A stretch of DNA of 64,000 nt. Origin: an uncultured Calditrichaceae bacterium. GTDB lineage: Bacteria > Calditrichota > Calditrichia > RBG-13-44-9. The notes under the pieces are model-generated. The model searched no databases. It saw only the letters and a list, made by a program, of their open reading frames with translations, and had not been told where the DNA came from. The translations under genes were made by a program, and so were the position numbers. Shown one piece after another: positions 21,424 through 30,862 of this stretch. Every line of letters starts with the position of its first letter. Position 1 is the stretch's first letter. The stretch is from positions 15,237 to 79,236 of the forward strand of contig CAZTXJ010000001.1 of NCBI GenBank assembly GCA_964617285.1, in the 5' to 3' direction.

Positions 21424-21978
21424 ATGTCTTATGCTTCAGATCTTTTAGTGGAAGAGCATGAAATTATTGAGCGGATGTTAGCAGTATTAAATAAAGCGGC
21501 AGAAAAATTGGAGCGGGGAGATAAAGTGGACCCGCAGTTGTTTCTGGAGGCAGCAGATTTTATCCGGAACTTTGCCGATCGGTGCCATCATGCCAAAGAA
21601 GAAGATATTTTGTTTAAACTCATGGCGGAGCGGGGAATTCCCACCCAGGGTGGTCCGGTAGGAGTAATGCTCACCGAACATGAATATGCCCGCAAATACA
21701 CTGAAGCCATGGAAAAGGCCACCCGAGAATTCCTGGAAGGAAATATTCAGGCCAAAAATACCATCATTGAGAATGCCCGCTATTATGCCAGGCTCTTAAC
21801 CGAGCATATCCACAAGGAAAATAACATTCTTTACCCGATGGGCAACCGGATATTCAGTTCGGAAGATCAAACCATGCTGAAGGAAAAATTTGAAGAAATC
21901 GAGAAAAATGAAATCGGGGAGGGTGTACACCAGAAATATCTGCAATTAGTCCAAAAACTGGAAAAGGAAATTGAATAG
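21424..21978 (+). CDS. Hemerythrin-domain protein (HHE cation-binding)
   Basis: Four-helix pattern with paired H...HxxxE/D ligand motifs (HHAKEED, EHIHKEN). Confidence 0.7.
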   Translation: MSYASDLLVEEHEIIERMLAVLNKAAEKLERGDKVDPQLFLEAADFIRNFADRCHHAKEEDILFKLMAERGIPTQGGPVGVMLTEHEYARKYTEAMEKATREFLEGNIQAKNTIIENARYYARLLTEHIHKENNILYPMGNRIFSSEDQTMLKEKFEEIEKNEIGEGVHQKYLQLVQKLEKEIE

Positions 21979-22070
21979 GATTTTTCGGAATAAACTCATA
22001 CATGGATGGAAAATGACACTGCCAGGAGGAATGATTGGTCTAGCAATTGTGGAATAGACCCGGTACATGT

Positions 22071-22107
22071 GATGTTCAAAATCACCAGAGTAAAGGTGAT
22101 TAACATC
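22071..22107. promoter_or_regulatory. Long imperfect inverted repeat upstream of the cytochrome c / NorB-like operon
   Basis: GATGTTCAAAATCACC-agagtaaa-GGTGATTAACATC. No flanking T-run, so not a terminator. A TTGACA, AAGGAGG ribosome-binding site and ATG follow. Confidence 0.35.
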
Positions 22108-22182
22108 AAAAACCTTTAATAATTAACCAGGAGCAATAAGGTTATTGACAAAACCAACTACAAAACAAAGGAGGAAAAAGGC

Positions 22183-22896
22183 ATGAGTGAAAAGTCTGCC
22201 AAGATTATCTTTTATGGTGGAACGCTTATTTCTGCCATACTGTTTTTGTATCTCACATTTGATACCCATCGGCAGGTTGGCGTGCTGACCCATGCGGATA
22301 AGTTATCCGAAGACGTGGTGGCAGGGAAAAGGGTATTCCAGAAATATAATTGTAACGATTGCCATACCATTCTGGGATTCGGTGGTTATTACGCCCCGGA
22401 TCTAACCAAAGTCTATCAGCGACGAGGTCCGGATTATATCCGCAATATTGTAACCCAACCGGAAGTCGTGCTGGAAAAATCATTCAGAAAGATGCCGCAG
22501 CAGCATGTATCCCCGGAGGAAATCAATCATCTGGTTGCATTTTTTCAATGGGTCGGGGAAATAAACAACCAGAACTGGCCTCCCCAGGATGCAAAGGCAG
22601 GACGAAAAGCAGGGGTGAACAGATTGTTGAGCTCGGCAAATATGTCGGCCGGGGCCGCCTTATTTAAGGAAAACGGATGTTTCGCCTGCCATAAGTTGCA
22701 GGGAGTTGGTGGTGATATCGGCCCGGATCTGGATGATGTCGGCTCACGTTTATCGCAGTCGCAAATCGAACAGCAGATCGTGAACCCGAATAAACTTAAT
22801 CCGGGCTCGGTAATGCCGCCTTTTCCAAATCTGTCCGAACAGGACTTAAAAGCGTTGGCGGAATTTTTGTCCAAACAGAAAGGAGGTGCTGAATGA
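22183..22896 (+). CDS. Membrane-anchored dihaem cytochrome c (NorC-like position)
   Basis: N-terminal TM. Two CxxCH motifs (CNDCH, CFACH), each with a downstream Met. Its stop overlaps the start of the NorB-like gene. Confidence 0.7.
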   Translation: MSEKSAKIIFYGGTLISAILFLYLTFDTHRQVGVLTHADKLSEDVVAGKRVFQKYNCNDCHTILGFGGYYAPDLTKVYQRRGPDYIRNIVTQPEVVLEKSFRKMPQQHVSPEEINHLVAFFQWVGEINNQNWPPQDAKAGRKAGVNRLLSSANMSAGAALFKENGCFACHKLQGVGGDIGPDLDDVGSRLSQSQIEQQIVNPNKLNPGSVMPPFPNLSEQDLKALAEFLSKQKGGAE

Positions 22897-24230
22897 TCGC
22901 TTATAAGTCACAACGTGTTGCATATCCTTATTTCGTAGTCGCCCTTTGCCTGTTTGGTCTTCAGGTTATTTTGGGATTATGGCTGGCCACAAATTATGCC
23001 TTTACCCTGCCGCAATGGCTGGTGAATGTGTTTCCGTTTGCCACCGCCCGTGCCTTCCATACAAATCTGCTTGTGCTCTGGATGCTGCTGGGCTTTATGG
23101 GAGGAACCTATTTTATGGTCCCGGAGGAAAGTCAGTCCGAATTGTACAGCCCACGGTTAGCCTATATTCAGCTAATTTTACTGGTGGGGACTGGAGTAGC
23201 AGCCTTAATCGGTTTTCTGTTCGGCTGGACCCAGGGTAAGCCTCTGCTGGAAATTCCGGTTCAACTGGATTTTTTGGTGGTCATCGGGGCGCTCATATTC
23301 CTGTTTAATGTGGGCATGACCTTGATCCGGGCTAAAAAATGGACCATGATCCAGGGGACGCTGTTAGGTGGTCTGGTTTTCCTGGCCCTCCTGTATTTGT
23401 TCGGAATACCATTCTATCGCAATCTCTCGATCGACTGGTATTACTGGTGGTGGGTTATCCACCTCTGGGTAGAAGGTGCCTGGGAACTGGTTACCGGTGC
23501 AATTATGGCCTGGATACTGATTAAGATAACCGGTGTGAATAGAAAGGTGGTTGAAAAGTGGCTTTATGTCGAAATAGGTCTGTTTCTGTTTACCGGTATT
23601 ACCGGTACAGGTCATCATTATTACTGGATCGGTGCACCAAGATACTGGCTCTGGTTTGGCGGTATTTTTAGTGCCCTGGAACCGTTGCCCATTGCTTTTA
23701 TGGTATGGGATACATTCCGGCATATCAAAGAGGGTAAGGGAGAAATTAAAAATAAGGTGGTCTGGACCCTGGCTGTGGGCTCAGTGATTTATCATTTTGT
23801 CGGTGCGGGCATCTGGGGATTTATTCACACGCTTCCTCAGATTAATTATTACACCCATGGCAGCCAGGTAACTGTATCTCATGGCCATCTGGCATTCTTT
23901 GGCGCGTATGCTCTGCTCAATATTACTGTTTTTTACTACGCCTTTCCACAGTTGAAGGGATTTGCCAATTTCCGTCAATCACTTGGGAAATTGGGTTTTT
24001 GGATTACCAGCAGCGCCATGTTCCTGATCGGATTGGCCTTTGGTGTGGCGGGAGTGTTACAGGCTTATCTAGAGCGCGTCCTGGGATTGGGTTTTATGAC
24101 CGCCCAGGCCCAGATGCAATTCTGGTTTAAGATCGTCATCTTTTTCGGGTTTATCTTCTTTGCCGGTGTCGTAATCTGGATATACGATTTGCTCAGATTG
24201 AAACCAGTCTCAGATTCCTCGTCATCATAA
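22893..24230 (+). CDS. NorB-like haem-copper oxidoreductase catalytic subunit (nitric oxide reductase family)
   Basis: Twelve-TM-like profile. All six canonical His ligands are in register: H in ARAFHTN, HLWVEG with Glu four residues after His, GHHYYWIG and SHGHLAF. There is no copper-oxidase Tyr-His crosslink context that I can see. Confidence 0.65.
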   Translation: MIAYKSQRVAYPYFVVALCLFGLQVILGLWLATNYAFTLPQWLVNVFPFATARAFHTNLLVLWMLLGFMGGTYFMVPEESQSELYSPRLAYIQLILLVGTGVAALIGFLFGWTQGKPLLEIPVQLDFLVVIGALIFLFNVGMTLIRAKKWTMIQGTLLGGLVFLALLYLFGIPFYRNLSIDWYYWWWVIHLWVEGAWELVTGAIMAWILIKITGVNRKVVEKWLYVEIGLFLFTGITGTGHHYYWIGAPRYWLWFGGIFSALEPLPIAFMVWDTFRHIKEGKGEIKNKVVWTLAVGSVIYHFVGAGIWGFIHTLPQINYYTHGSQVTVSHGHLAFFGAYALLNITVFYYAFPQLKGFANFRQSLGKLGFWITSSAMFLIGLAFGVAGVLQAYLERVLGLGFMTAQAQMQFWFKIVIFFGFIFFAGVVIWIYDLLRLKPVSDSSSS

Positions 24231-24291
24231 CAAGTGAGGTAGCATAGGACTGAATACATGATGGGGCCTGATTCAAATCAGGCTCCATCCT

Positions 24292-24864
24292 CTACTTACC
24301 GCTTTTTATTTCCTGGTAGCGAAAGCAATCCACAACATGATCATTTACCATACCGACCGCCTGCATAAAGGCATAACAGATGGTAGAACCCACAAAAGAA
24401 AAACCATGCTTTTTCAGATCTTTACTCATGGCATCGGATTCAGCAGTTTTAGCCGGCAGCTCTTTCAGTGATTTCCAGGAATTTATAATTGATTTTCCCT
24501 CGGTGAATTGCCAGATGTAATTGCTGAAGCTGCCGTACTTTTTTTGTATCTCCAGGAAGGCCCGGGCATTTTGTATTGTGGCATTTATCTTCAGTTTATT
24601 GCGGACAATTCCGGGATTAGTCAGTAGTTCTTCAATTTTTGTCTTTTGATATTGTGCAATTTTGATGGCATCAAAATTATCAAATGCTTTGCGGTAGTTT
24701 TCCCGTTTTCGGAGAATGGTACTCCAGCTAAGTCCTGCCTGCGCTCCCTCCAATATTAAAAACTCGAATAAGATTCTGTCATCAAATACCGGTACACCCC
24801 ATTCGGTATCATGATATGCCTGGTAAAGTGGATCACTCCCGGCCCATTCACATCGTTTTATCAT
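24292..24864 (-). CDS. tag: DNA-3-methyladenine glycosylase I
   Basis: CEWAGSDPLYQAYHDTEWGVP N-terminal signature of Tag. Confidence 0.85.
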   Translation of the reverse strand: MIKRCEWAGSDPLYQAYHDTEWGVPVFDDRILFEFLILEGAQAGLSWSTILRKRENYRKAFDNFDAIKIAQYQKTKIEELLTNPGIVRNKLKINATIQNARAFLEIQKKYGSFSNYIWQFTEGKSIINSWKSLKELPAKTAESDAMSKDLKKHGFSFVGSTICYAFMQAVGMVNDHVVDCFRYQEIKSGK

Positions 24865-25583
24865 TTCCTCCCCGCTTTCGACTTTATCCGGTTAAGGATC
24901 TTTTCATCCGAGAGTTCCCTTAACGCATCGGCGGCAATCCATTTTGCCGACTTTGAGTCAAGTTTCTGGATTCTCTCCGCCGTCCGGATGGCTTCCCGAT
25001 TCAATGCAAGATTGCGTTTCCCAATTTGACGAAGTGCCCAGTTGACTGCCTTCTTAACGAAATTCCGCTCATCGGTGGCACCCTGATAAATATACTTCAG
25101 GAAATCTTGAAATGAACCGTCATCTGCTTTTTTATCATGGACGGCAAACACGGCCATCATCACAAACCCAGCCCGTTTCACAAATTCTTCTTTTCTGTTC
25201 ACCCATTCAATTGCCTTTTGCCGGGCAAAAACAGTTTTGGCGAAAAGATTGTTGCAGCACTGGTCACACAGATCCCATGAATTAAAATCTTTCACCCAGG
25301 TTTCCATCTGCGATTCGGTCATTTCTTTAGGGGAATCAATAAAACAGGCAAGAATCCTGGCTTCATGGATTTCAGTTTTCCAGAGATCCAGGGCTAATTG
25401 GTGATTGTCACCGATCTCTTTGGCAAGTTGCCTCAGTACTGGGATAGAAGTGCCAAGTGCCCTTTCCGTGCGGATGCCATATCTGGCCATGCCAGCCAGG
25501 TTTTGAGGTTGGGCGATTGCCCGTAAGTATCCCAGAACCTCTTCTGCAGATGTCCATTTGGTATTTTTATTTTTTGATGCCAT
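24861..25583 (-). CDS. DNA alkylation repair protein (AlkD/AlkC-like HEAT-repeat glycosylase family)
   Basis: All-helical HEAT-like repeat pattern. WxxD...W motifs resemble the AlkD family. Confidence 0.6.
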   Translation of the reverse strand: MASKNKNTKWTSAEEVLGYLRAIAQPQNLAGMARYGIRTERALGTSIPVLRQLAKEIGDNHQLALDLWKTEIHEARILACFIDSPKEMTESQMETWVKDFNSWDLCDQCCNNLFAKTVFARQKAIEWVNRKEEFVKRAGFVMMAVFAVHDKKADDGSFQDFLKYIYQGATDERNFVKKAVNWALRQIGKRNLALNREAIRTAERIQKLDSKSAKWIAADALRELSDEKILNRIKSKAGRK

Positions 25584-26913
25584 AGATTTCCAGTTTGCGG
25601 TACAACGTCTTTTTAGTGATGCCCAGCAGTTTAGCCGCTTTGGTTTTATTCCAATCTGTTTTCTGCAGGATTTTTATCAAATGCTTCATTTCGACATCGG
25701 TCAATGACTCATCTCCATTTTCAGCTTCCATCATCGGAGAAGGCAATTGGTGCTTTATATCGATGGGCAGATCAGCTTTTTGAATCTGATGGCCATCACT
25801 CAGGATTACCGCTCGTTCGATCACGTTCTCTAATTCGCGTACATTACCGGGCCAGGCATAACCATGCAGTAATTCCAGGGCCTCCGGGGTAATTTCACTT
25901 AAACATTTCCCGGTTTGAAAACAGATTTTCTTTAAACAATACTGTACCAGTATCGGAATATCTTCTTTTCTTTCTCTCAAGGGCTTCAATTCGATATTAA
26001 AAACATTCAGACGATAAAAGAGATCTTCCCTGAATTTCTCCTCTTTTAAAAGTTTTAAAAGATTTCGATTGGTTGCGGCGATAATCCGGACTTCACTGCG
26101 TAAGGTTTGGGTGCTGCCCACCGGCCGGTATTCCCCGCTCTCCAAAAATCGAAGCAGTTTGGTCTGGAAGCCGATACTCACGTCACCGATTTCGTCCAGG
26201 AACAGGGTACCCGAGTCGGCTACATCCACCAGCCCTCTTTTAAACTTGACTGCCCCGGTAAAGGCGCCTTTCTCGTGCCCGAACATCTCACTCTCCAGAA
26301 GCGTATCCTGGATGGCACTGCAGTTGACAATGACAAACGGTTTATCCATTCGCGGGCTCTTTTGGTGAATTGCTTTGGCAACCAGCTCTTTACCGGTGCC
26401 GGTCTCACCGGTTATCAAAACGGTTGAATTGGTCGGCGCCACTTTTTCAATCAAACCCATTATCTCATTGATGTGGCTACTGTTTCCCACGATTTCCGTA
26501 TATTTTTTTTGCTTATCCAGCTCACGCTTGAATATTTCACTATCTCTTTTTAACTGGGTTAATTCACCGGCCCGTTCGACCAGGATGATCAACTCTTCCA
26601 GATCGAAAGGTTTGATCAGGTAGTCATAGGCGCCCAGCTTCATGGAAGCGATGGCATTTTCGATGGTGGCATTTCCGGTCATCATAATGATCTGTGTGTC
26701 CTGGTAAATCCGTTTTAGATTTTTCAGGATTTCAATTCCGTCGATATCGGGCAATACAATGTCCAGCAGAACAATGTCAAAATTCTCCCGTTTGGCGATC
26801 TCTAAAGTTTCCTGCCCTGTTTTCGCTGCCACTGCGGTGAAACCCCGACGCTCAAACAAATGACATAAATGTTGCCGGAAGGAATCTTCATCGTCTACGA
26901 TCAGTAATTTCAT
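25567..26913 (-). CDS. Sigma-54-dependent response regulator (NtrC family)
   Basis: REC domain (LIVDDE, phospho-Asp), AAA+ domain with GETGTGKE and the GAFTGA loop, and a C-terminal Fis-type HTH. Confidence 0.9.
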   Translation of the reverse strand: MKLLIVDDEDSFRQHLCHLFERRGFTAVAAKTGQETLEIAKRENFDIVLLDIVLPDIDGIEILKNLKRIYQDTQIIMMTGNATIENAIASMKLGAYDYLIKPFDLEELIILVERAGELTQLKRDSEIFKRELDKQKKYTEIVGNSSHINEIMGLIEKVAPTNSTVLITGETGTGKELVAKAIHQKSPRMDKPFVIVNCSAIQDTLLESEMFGHEKGAFTGAVKFKRGLVDVADSGTLFLDEIGDVSIGFQTKLLRFLESGEYRPVGSTQTLRSEVRIIAATNRNLLKLLKEEKFREDLFYRLNVFNIELKPLRERKEDIPILVQYCLKKICFQTGKCLSEITPEALELLHGYAWPGNVRELENVIERAVILSDGHQIQKADLPIDIKHQLPSPMMEAENGDESLTDVEMKHLIKILQKTDWNKTKAAKLLGITKKTLYRKLEIYGIKK

Positions 26914-26947
26914 AGTATTTTCTCAGACTTAATTTATCAAATTATAA

Positions 26948-28600
26948 TTATGTAATTGAAGGTTCCCGGTAAACCGGTAAACTCAGGGTAAAGGTGCTGC
27001 CTTTTTTCGGCTGGCTTTCCACATGAATTTCACCACCCAGACTTTTGATGATCCGCAGACTAATCGGCAGTCCCAGACCAGTCCCCATGCCCGCCGGTTT
27101 TGTGGTATAAAAGGGCTTAAATATTTTACCCAAATTTTGTGGAGCAATTCCGCATCCTTCATCTTTTATTGTGACCTTTACCGAGGCATTCCCATCCATT
27201 TCGGAATTAATTTCAATAGTTTTGCCGGCGGGACTGAATTCCACTGCATTTAAGATCAGATTGAGGAAAACCTGGGAAAGGGTATCGGCCTCGCCCATGA
27301 TGAGCGGAATATTTCTGGCCAGATTCAATTTAATTTCCTTATGCTCTCTTTCGGCTTTATAGCGAATAAGCAGACGCACATTCTTGATCAATTGATTGAC
27401 ATCCAGCGGAACCCGGCGATGCTCGGTGCGCGGGGCAATATTGAGTAGACCAGTGGTAATCCGCTTGCAGCGCTGGATTTCATTTTTAATTGTCTCAATG
27501 TCTTCCAGAATTTCCACTGACTCCTTTTTTTCTCCCAAATTTTCCAGGAGCAGATCAGTCAATTCTTGGACACAGACTGCAATTGAGCTTAATGGATTGT
27601 TAATTTCGTGGGCGACGCCACTGGCAATCTCACCCATGGCTGCTAATTTACTGGTCTGGATGAGGTGCAGCTGCAGTTCCTTTTCTTCAGTAATATCCTG
27701 AATTAATTCCAGAATTTGATCCACTTTTCCTTTTTCATCGAACAGGGGTGCGGAGGTTATACGAAAATAGTGCGTTTGATCTTCCCCATCCATATACTCT
27801 GTTTCAAAATTTTCAATGGTGCCGTTCTTGAGGGACTTATCAATCGGATTTTCTAACCGGGTTTGTTTATTGTTAAACAGTTTAAAATTATCCGAGCCAA
27901 AGTGCTTATTTAGCGAACCAAACCATCTCTCGCTGACCTTATTCATCCAGATAATCTCTTTTTTCCGGTTTATTAATATCAATCCCGCATCTATTCCCAT
28001 CAGGATATTCGAAAGTTTGTTTTTTTCCTGCTCCAATTCGTTCCGGCGTTTTTCCAATTCTTCATTTAGTTTTTCGATACTCTTTTTATCGATTTCCTCT
28101 TTGCGGGACAACAGTCCCATGGACACACCCACCAGGATGAAAAAAACAATTCGTAATCCCAGCAGAACATAGTTCTCAGAGCTCACTGCAAAATTTCCAG
28201 CAGCCAGATAAATGAAAATTGATAGTAGTTGGACCCTGAATCCAAAAGATAATCCAAAATAAAAAGAGTGAAGTGCCACCAGCAGTAAAAAGGCCAGATA
28301 AAAATCACTTGAGTAGCCTCCGGTGAGGCGGACAAGCCAGAAGACAAAAATAAGATCGAGATAGAGAACCAAATTATACAGATAGCGAATCCGTTTGGGA
28401 TAGAGATAAATTAACAGATAAAGCAAGAGACTATAGATGAGAAAAAAGCCAAAATTTAAAAATAGCTCATGCTGATTGGCGGCGGGCATTTTGGACAGAA
28501 AAACCCAGAATATTCCCCCAATAAAGGCAAGGATCCTCAGCAAGGCAAACATCCTGTCCACCGAGGTCAATTTCTTTAACAACGAGGCCATTTTTATCAT
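26948..28600 (-). CDS. Sensor histidine kinase with polytopic N-terminal membrane domain, PAS, HisKA and HATPase
   Basis: Six to seven N-terminal TM helices, then a PAS-like region, an H-box (AHEINNPL) and N/G1/G2 boxes. Confidence 0.85.
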   Translation of the reverse strand: MIKMASLLKKLTSVDRMFALLRILAFIGGIFWVFLSKMPAANQHELFLNFGFFLIYSLLLYLLIYLYPKRIRYLYNLVLYLDLIFVFWLVRLTGGYSSDFYLAFLLLVALHSFYFGLSFGFRVQLLSIFIYLAAGNFAVSSENYVLLGLRIVFFILVGVSMGLLSRKEEIDKKSIEKLNEELEKRRNELEQEKNKLSNILMGIDAGLILINRKKEIIWMNKVSERWFGSLNKHFGSDNFKLFNNKQTRLENPIDKSLKNGTIENFETEYMDGEDQTHYFRITSAPLFDEKGKVDQILELIQDITEEKELQLHLIQTSKLAAMGEIASGVAHEINNPLSSIAVCVQELTDLLLENLGEKKESVEILEDIETIKNEIQRCKRITTGLLNIAPRTEHRRVPLDVNQLIKNVRLLIRYKAEREHKEIKLNLARNIPLIMGEADTLSQVFLNLILNAVEFSPAGKTIEINSEMDGNASVKVTIKDEGCGIAPQNLGKIFKPFYTTKPAGMGTGLGLPISLRIIKSLGGEIHVESQPKKGSTFTLSLPVYREPSIT

Positions 28601-28775
28601 CTATCTCTTCTATAACTTATTACAATATTAGAAACATGCTTTTAAATCAGATAAATTTGTGATTTCATGTACAATACAATTTAAACAAATCATATCTTGA
28701 AATACAAGATTATCCTGTAAAATATATAATTGTGATGATTTGGATAGAATTGATATGGTTTGTGGATTTAAAGTG

Positions 28776-29285
28776 TTAAACCGGGAGACTAACCATTTGG
28801 TTGGTCAGAATCCGGTCTATGTGTGCCTCAACCTCCCGCAAAACCTCCGGGTAAATAGTCTGCAATTCTGGTGATAAACCCTCCCGTATTTCATGTTTCT
28901 CATGAATTACAATCCCGACTATGGAGAGTTGCTCAGGCATGGACATCTGGTAATGATTTCCCAGCGCAACCAGACTGCCCAGACCGATAAAATGGGGAGA
29001 TGCACCTTTGGGTATTTCCTGGAGTGGTTCAGGTTTCAGAAACTGGATCTCCCCCAACGGCTTTTGGTCATTAATGATAGCGTCTACAATGATAACCTGG
29101 TCAAAACCAATAAATTGATCCAGTAAATATAGACCGGCCTGGGAGCTGATTTCAAATTCTAAAGCAGCCGAGTCTGTAAAATGTTCTTTGAGATCCTGAA
29201 CAATCCGGATACCAATACCGTCGTCACCTAAAACCGGATTACCCAGACCCAGTACCAGATTTTCTTTTAGAGCAGATGTTAAAAT
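28776..29285 (-). CDS. [NiFe] hydrogenase maturation endopeptidase (HycI/HoxW/FrhD family); start codon non-canonical or gene disrupted
   Basis: The tracked ORF (28776-29057) is only the C-terminal half. The in-frame upstream translation gives ...LVLGLGNPVLGDDGIGIRIV..., the conserved N-terminus, back to a stop at 29301-29303. No ATG/GTG/TTG is available there; an ATT sits at 29285 with a GGGGTG six nt upstream. Confidence 0.55.
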   Translation of the reverse strand: MLTSALKENLVLGLGNPVLGDDGIGIRIVQDLKEHFTDSAALEFEISSQAGLYLLDQFIGFDQVIIVDAIINDQKPLGEIQFLKPEPLQEIPKGASPHFIGLGSLVALGNHYQMSMPEQLSIVGIVIHEKHEIREGLSPELQTIYPEVLREVEAHIDRILTNQMVSLPV

Positions 29286-29324
29286 TAAAGCACCCCAGAT
29301 TTAATAATATTTTTATTTAGAAAC

Positions 29325-30800
29325 TTAACGAGTAATTCGGCGAATTAATTCTCCCTTTTGGTTGTAAATTTCCGCATACAGCGGCATTTCCCCCGGGAGT
29401 GCGTGTGTGGCACAGGCATGACAGGGATCGTAAGCCCGGAAGGCCATTTCCACCTTATTTAAAATGCCATCGTCCACATGACCATCGCGAATTAAACTGC
29501 GCGCTGCTTTATCCACAGACATGGCGATTCTGCCTGCATTATTCTGGGTGGCTACAATTAGATTCGCTTTCTGGATCACACCACGCTCATCGGTTTGATA
29601 GTGATGGAATAGCGTTCCTCTGGGGGCTTCCACACAACCAATTCCTTCTTTTGGGGTCATATCGGGAATAGCGCGAATATGCTTGCTGGTGATTTCGGAA
29701 TCGCTGGCGAGCTCAAGCATTCTTTCGGCAGCGTAAAGCATCTCGACCAGGCGAGCCCAGTGGTTTGCCAGGGTAAAATGGACTGGTTTTCCACCCAGGG
29801 TCTCAAAATAGCGCTTATAATATTCTTCTGCCTGCGGGGTAGCCATGCCCTCGGCGGCATTCAAACGGGCCAGCGGGGCAACACTATATATCCCGGAACC
29901 ATTTCCATCGTTAAATCCGTCCCAGCCAACATTTTTAAGGTAGGGGAATTTTACGTAGCTCCATGGTTCCACATGTTCCAGGATTTGATTTAAATACTCC
30001 TGGGCCGGAAATTTGACAAATTCCTCCCCATTGGGAGCAACTACCCGGATCTTTCCATCATAAAAATTGACCTGATTTTGTTCGTCGACCAATCCCATAT
30101 AATAGGTATGATGGGTATAGGCATCGGAGGTGATCAGATTGAGATATGTGGAATTTGCCAGAACAACGTCATCGAATATCTTAAGGGCAAATAAGGCAAA
30201 ATTAATACCTTCCTTGGCCACGGCTTCGAAACGCTGCCGGACTTCTTCTTTCATTTGTTTGGAAACTCCTCCCGGTAAACCCAGAACCGGATGAATAACC
30301 TTTCCGCCCATCTCGGTGATTAATTCCCTTAACTCCCGGCGCATACCAATCACTTTTTTCCCGACATCCAATCCTACTTTTTGCAGTACGCCTAAAATAT
30401 TGCGATCCGCTTTCGGAGCATCCGGCCCGGTCACAAAATCCGGACCGCCCAGGAAGAAGAAATGCAGGGCATGGTCCTCCAGCATAAAGGTGTTGTAGAC
30501 CAGCTCACGGATTTTTTTCGCGGTCTCTGTCGGTTCCACTTTGTATAAATCATCCAGGGCCTTTGTCCCGGCCATATGATGGGCAGTGGGGCATACCCCG
30601 CAAATTCGTGAAGTGATCTGGGGCATATCCTCTGCCGGACGCCCTTCGCAGAATTTTTCGAATCCCCGCAGTTCCGGGACCTGGAAATAGGCCCGCTCCA
30701 CATTACCGGTGTCATCCAGAAAAATGGATATCTTACCGTGTCCTTCGAGTCTGGTGATTGGATCAATTACAATTTTTTGTGCCATCAGGATTACTCCCAA
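29325..30800 (-). CDS. mvhA: [NiFe] hydrogenase large subunit, group 3 (Mvh/F420-non-reducing type)
   Basis: N-terminal RLEGHG and RICGVCPTAH motifs. C-terminal DPCHACATH, followed by a roughly 25-aa cleavable extension. Confidence 0.85.
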   Translation of the reverse strand: MGVILMAQKIVIDPITRLEGHGKISIFLDDTGNVERAYFQVPELRGFEKFCEGRPAEDMPQITSRICGVCPTAHHMAGTKALDDLYKVEPTETAKKIRELVYNTFMLEDHALHFFFLGGPDFVTGPDAPKADRNILGVLQKVGLDVGKKVIGMRRELRELITEMGGKVIHPVLGLPGGVSKQMKEEVRQRFEAVAKEGINFALFALKIFDDVVLANSTYLNLITSDAYTHHTYYMGLVDEQNQVNFYDGKIRVVAPNGEEFVKFPAQEYLNQILEHVEPWSYVKFPYLKNVGWDGFNDGNGSGIYSVAPLARLNAAEGMATPQAEEYYKRYFETLGGKPVHFTLANHWARLVEMLYAAERMLELASDSEITSKHIRAIPDMTPKEGIGCVEAPRGTLFHHYQTDERGVIQKANLIVATQNNAGRIAMSVDKAARSLIRDGHVDDGILNKVEMAFRAYDPCHACATHALPGEMPLYAEIYNQKGELIRRITR

Positions 30801-30862
30801 TATATCGGTTTTTCATTATTTTTAATGTTAGTTAAAATTTCTCCTGTATCTGTCTTGAACTA

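Noticed and set aside
22071-22107. Interpreting the palindrome after the hemerythrin gene as an intrinsic terminator
   Set aside because: No U-tract follows on either strand, so it is treated as a regulatory or structural element instead.
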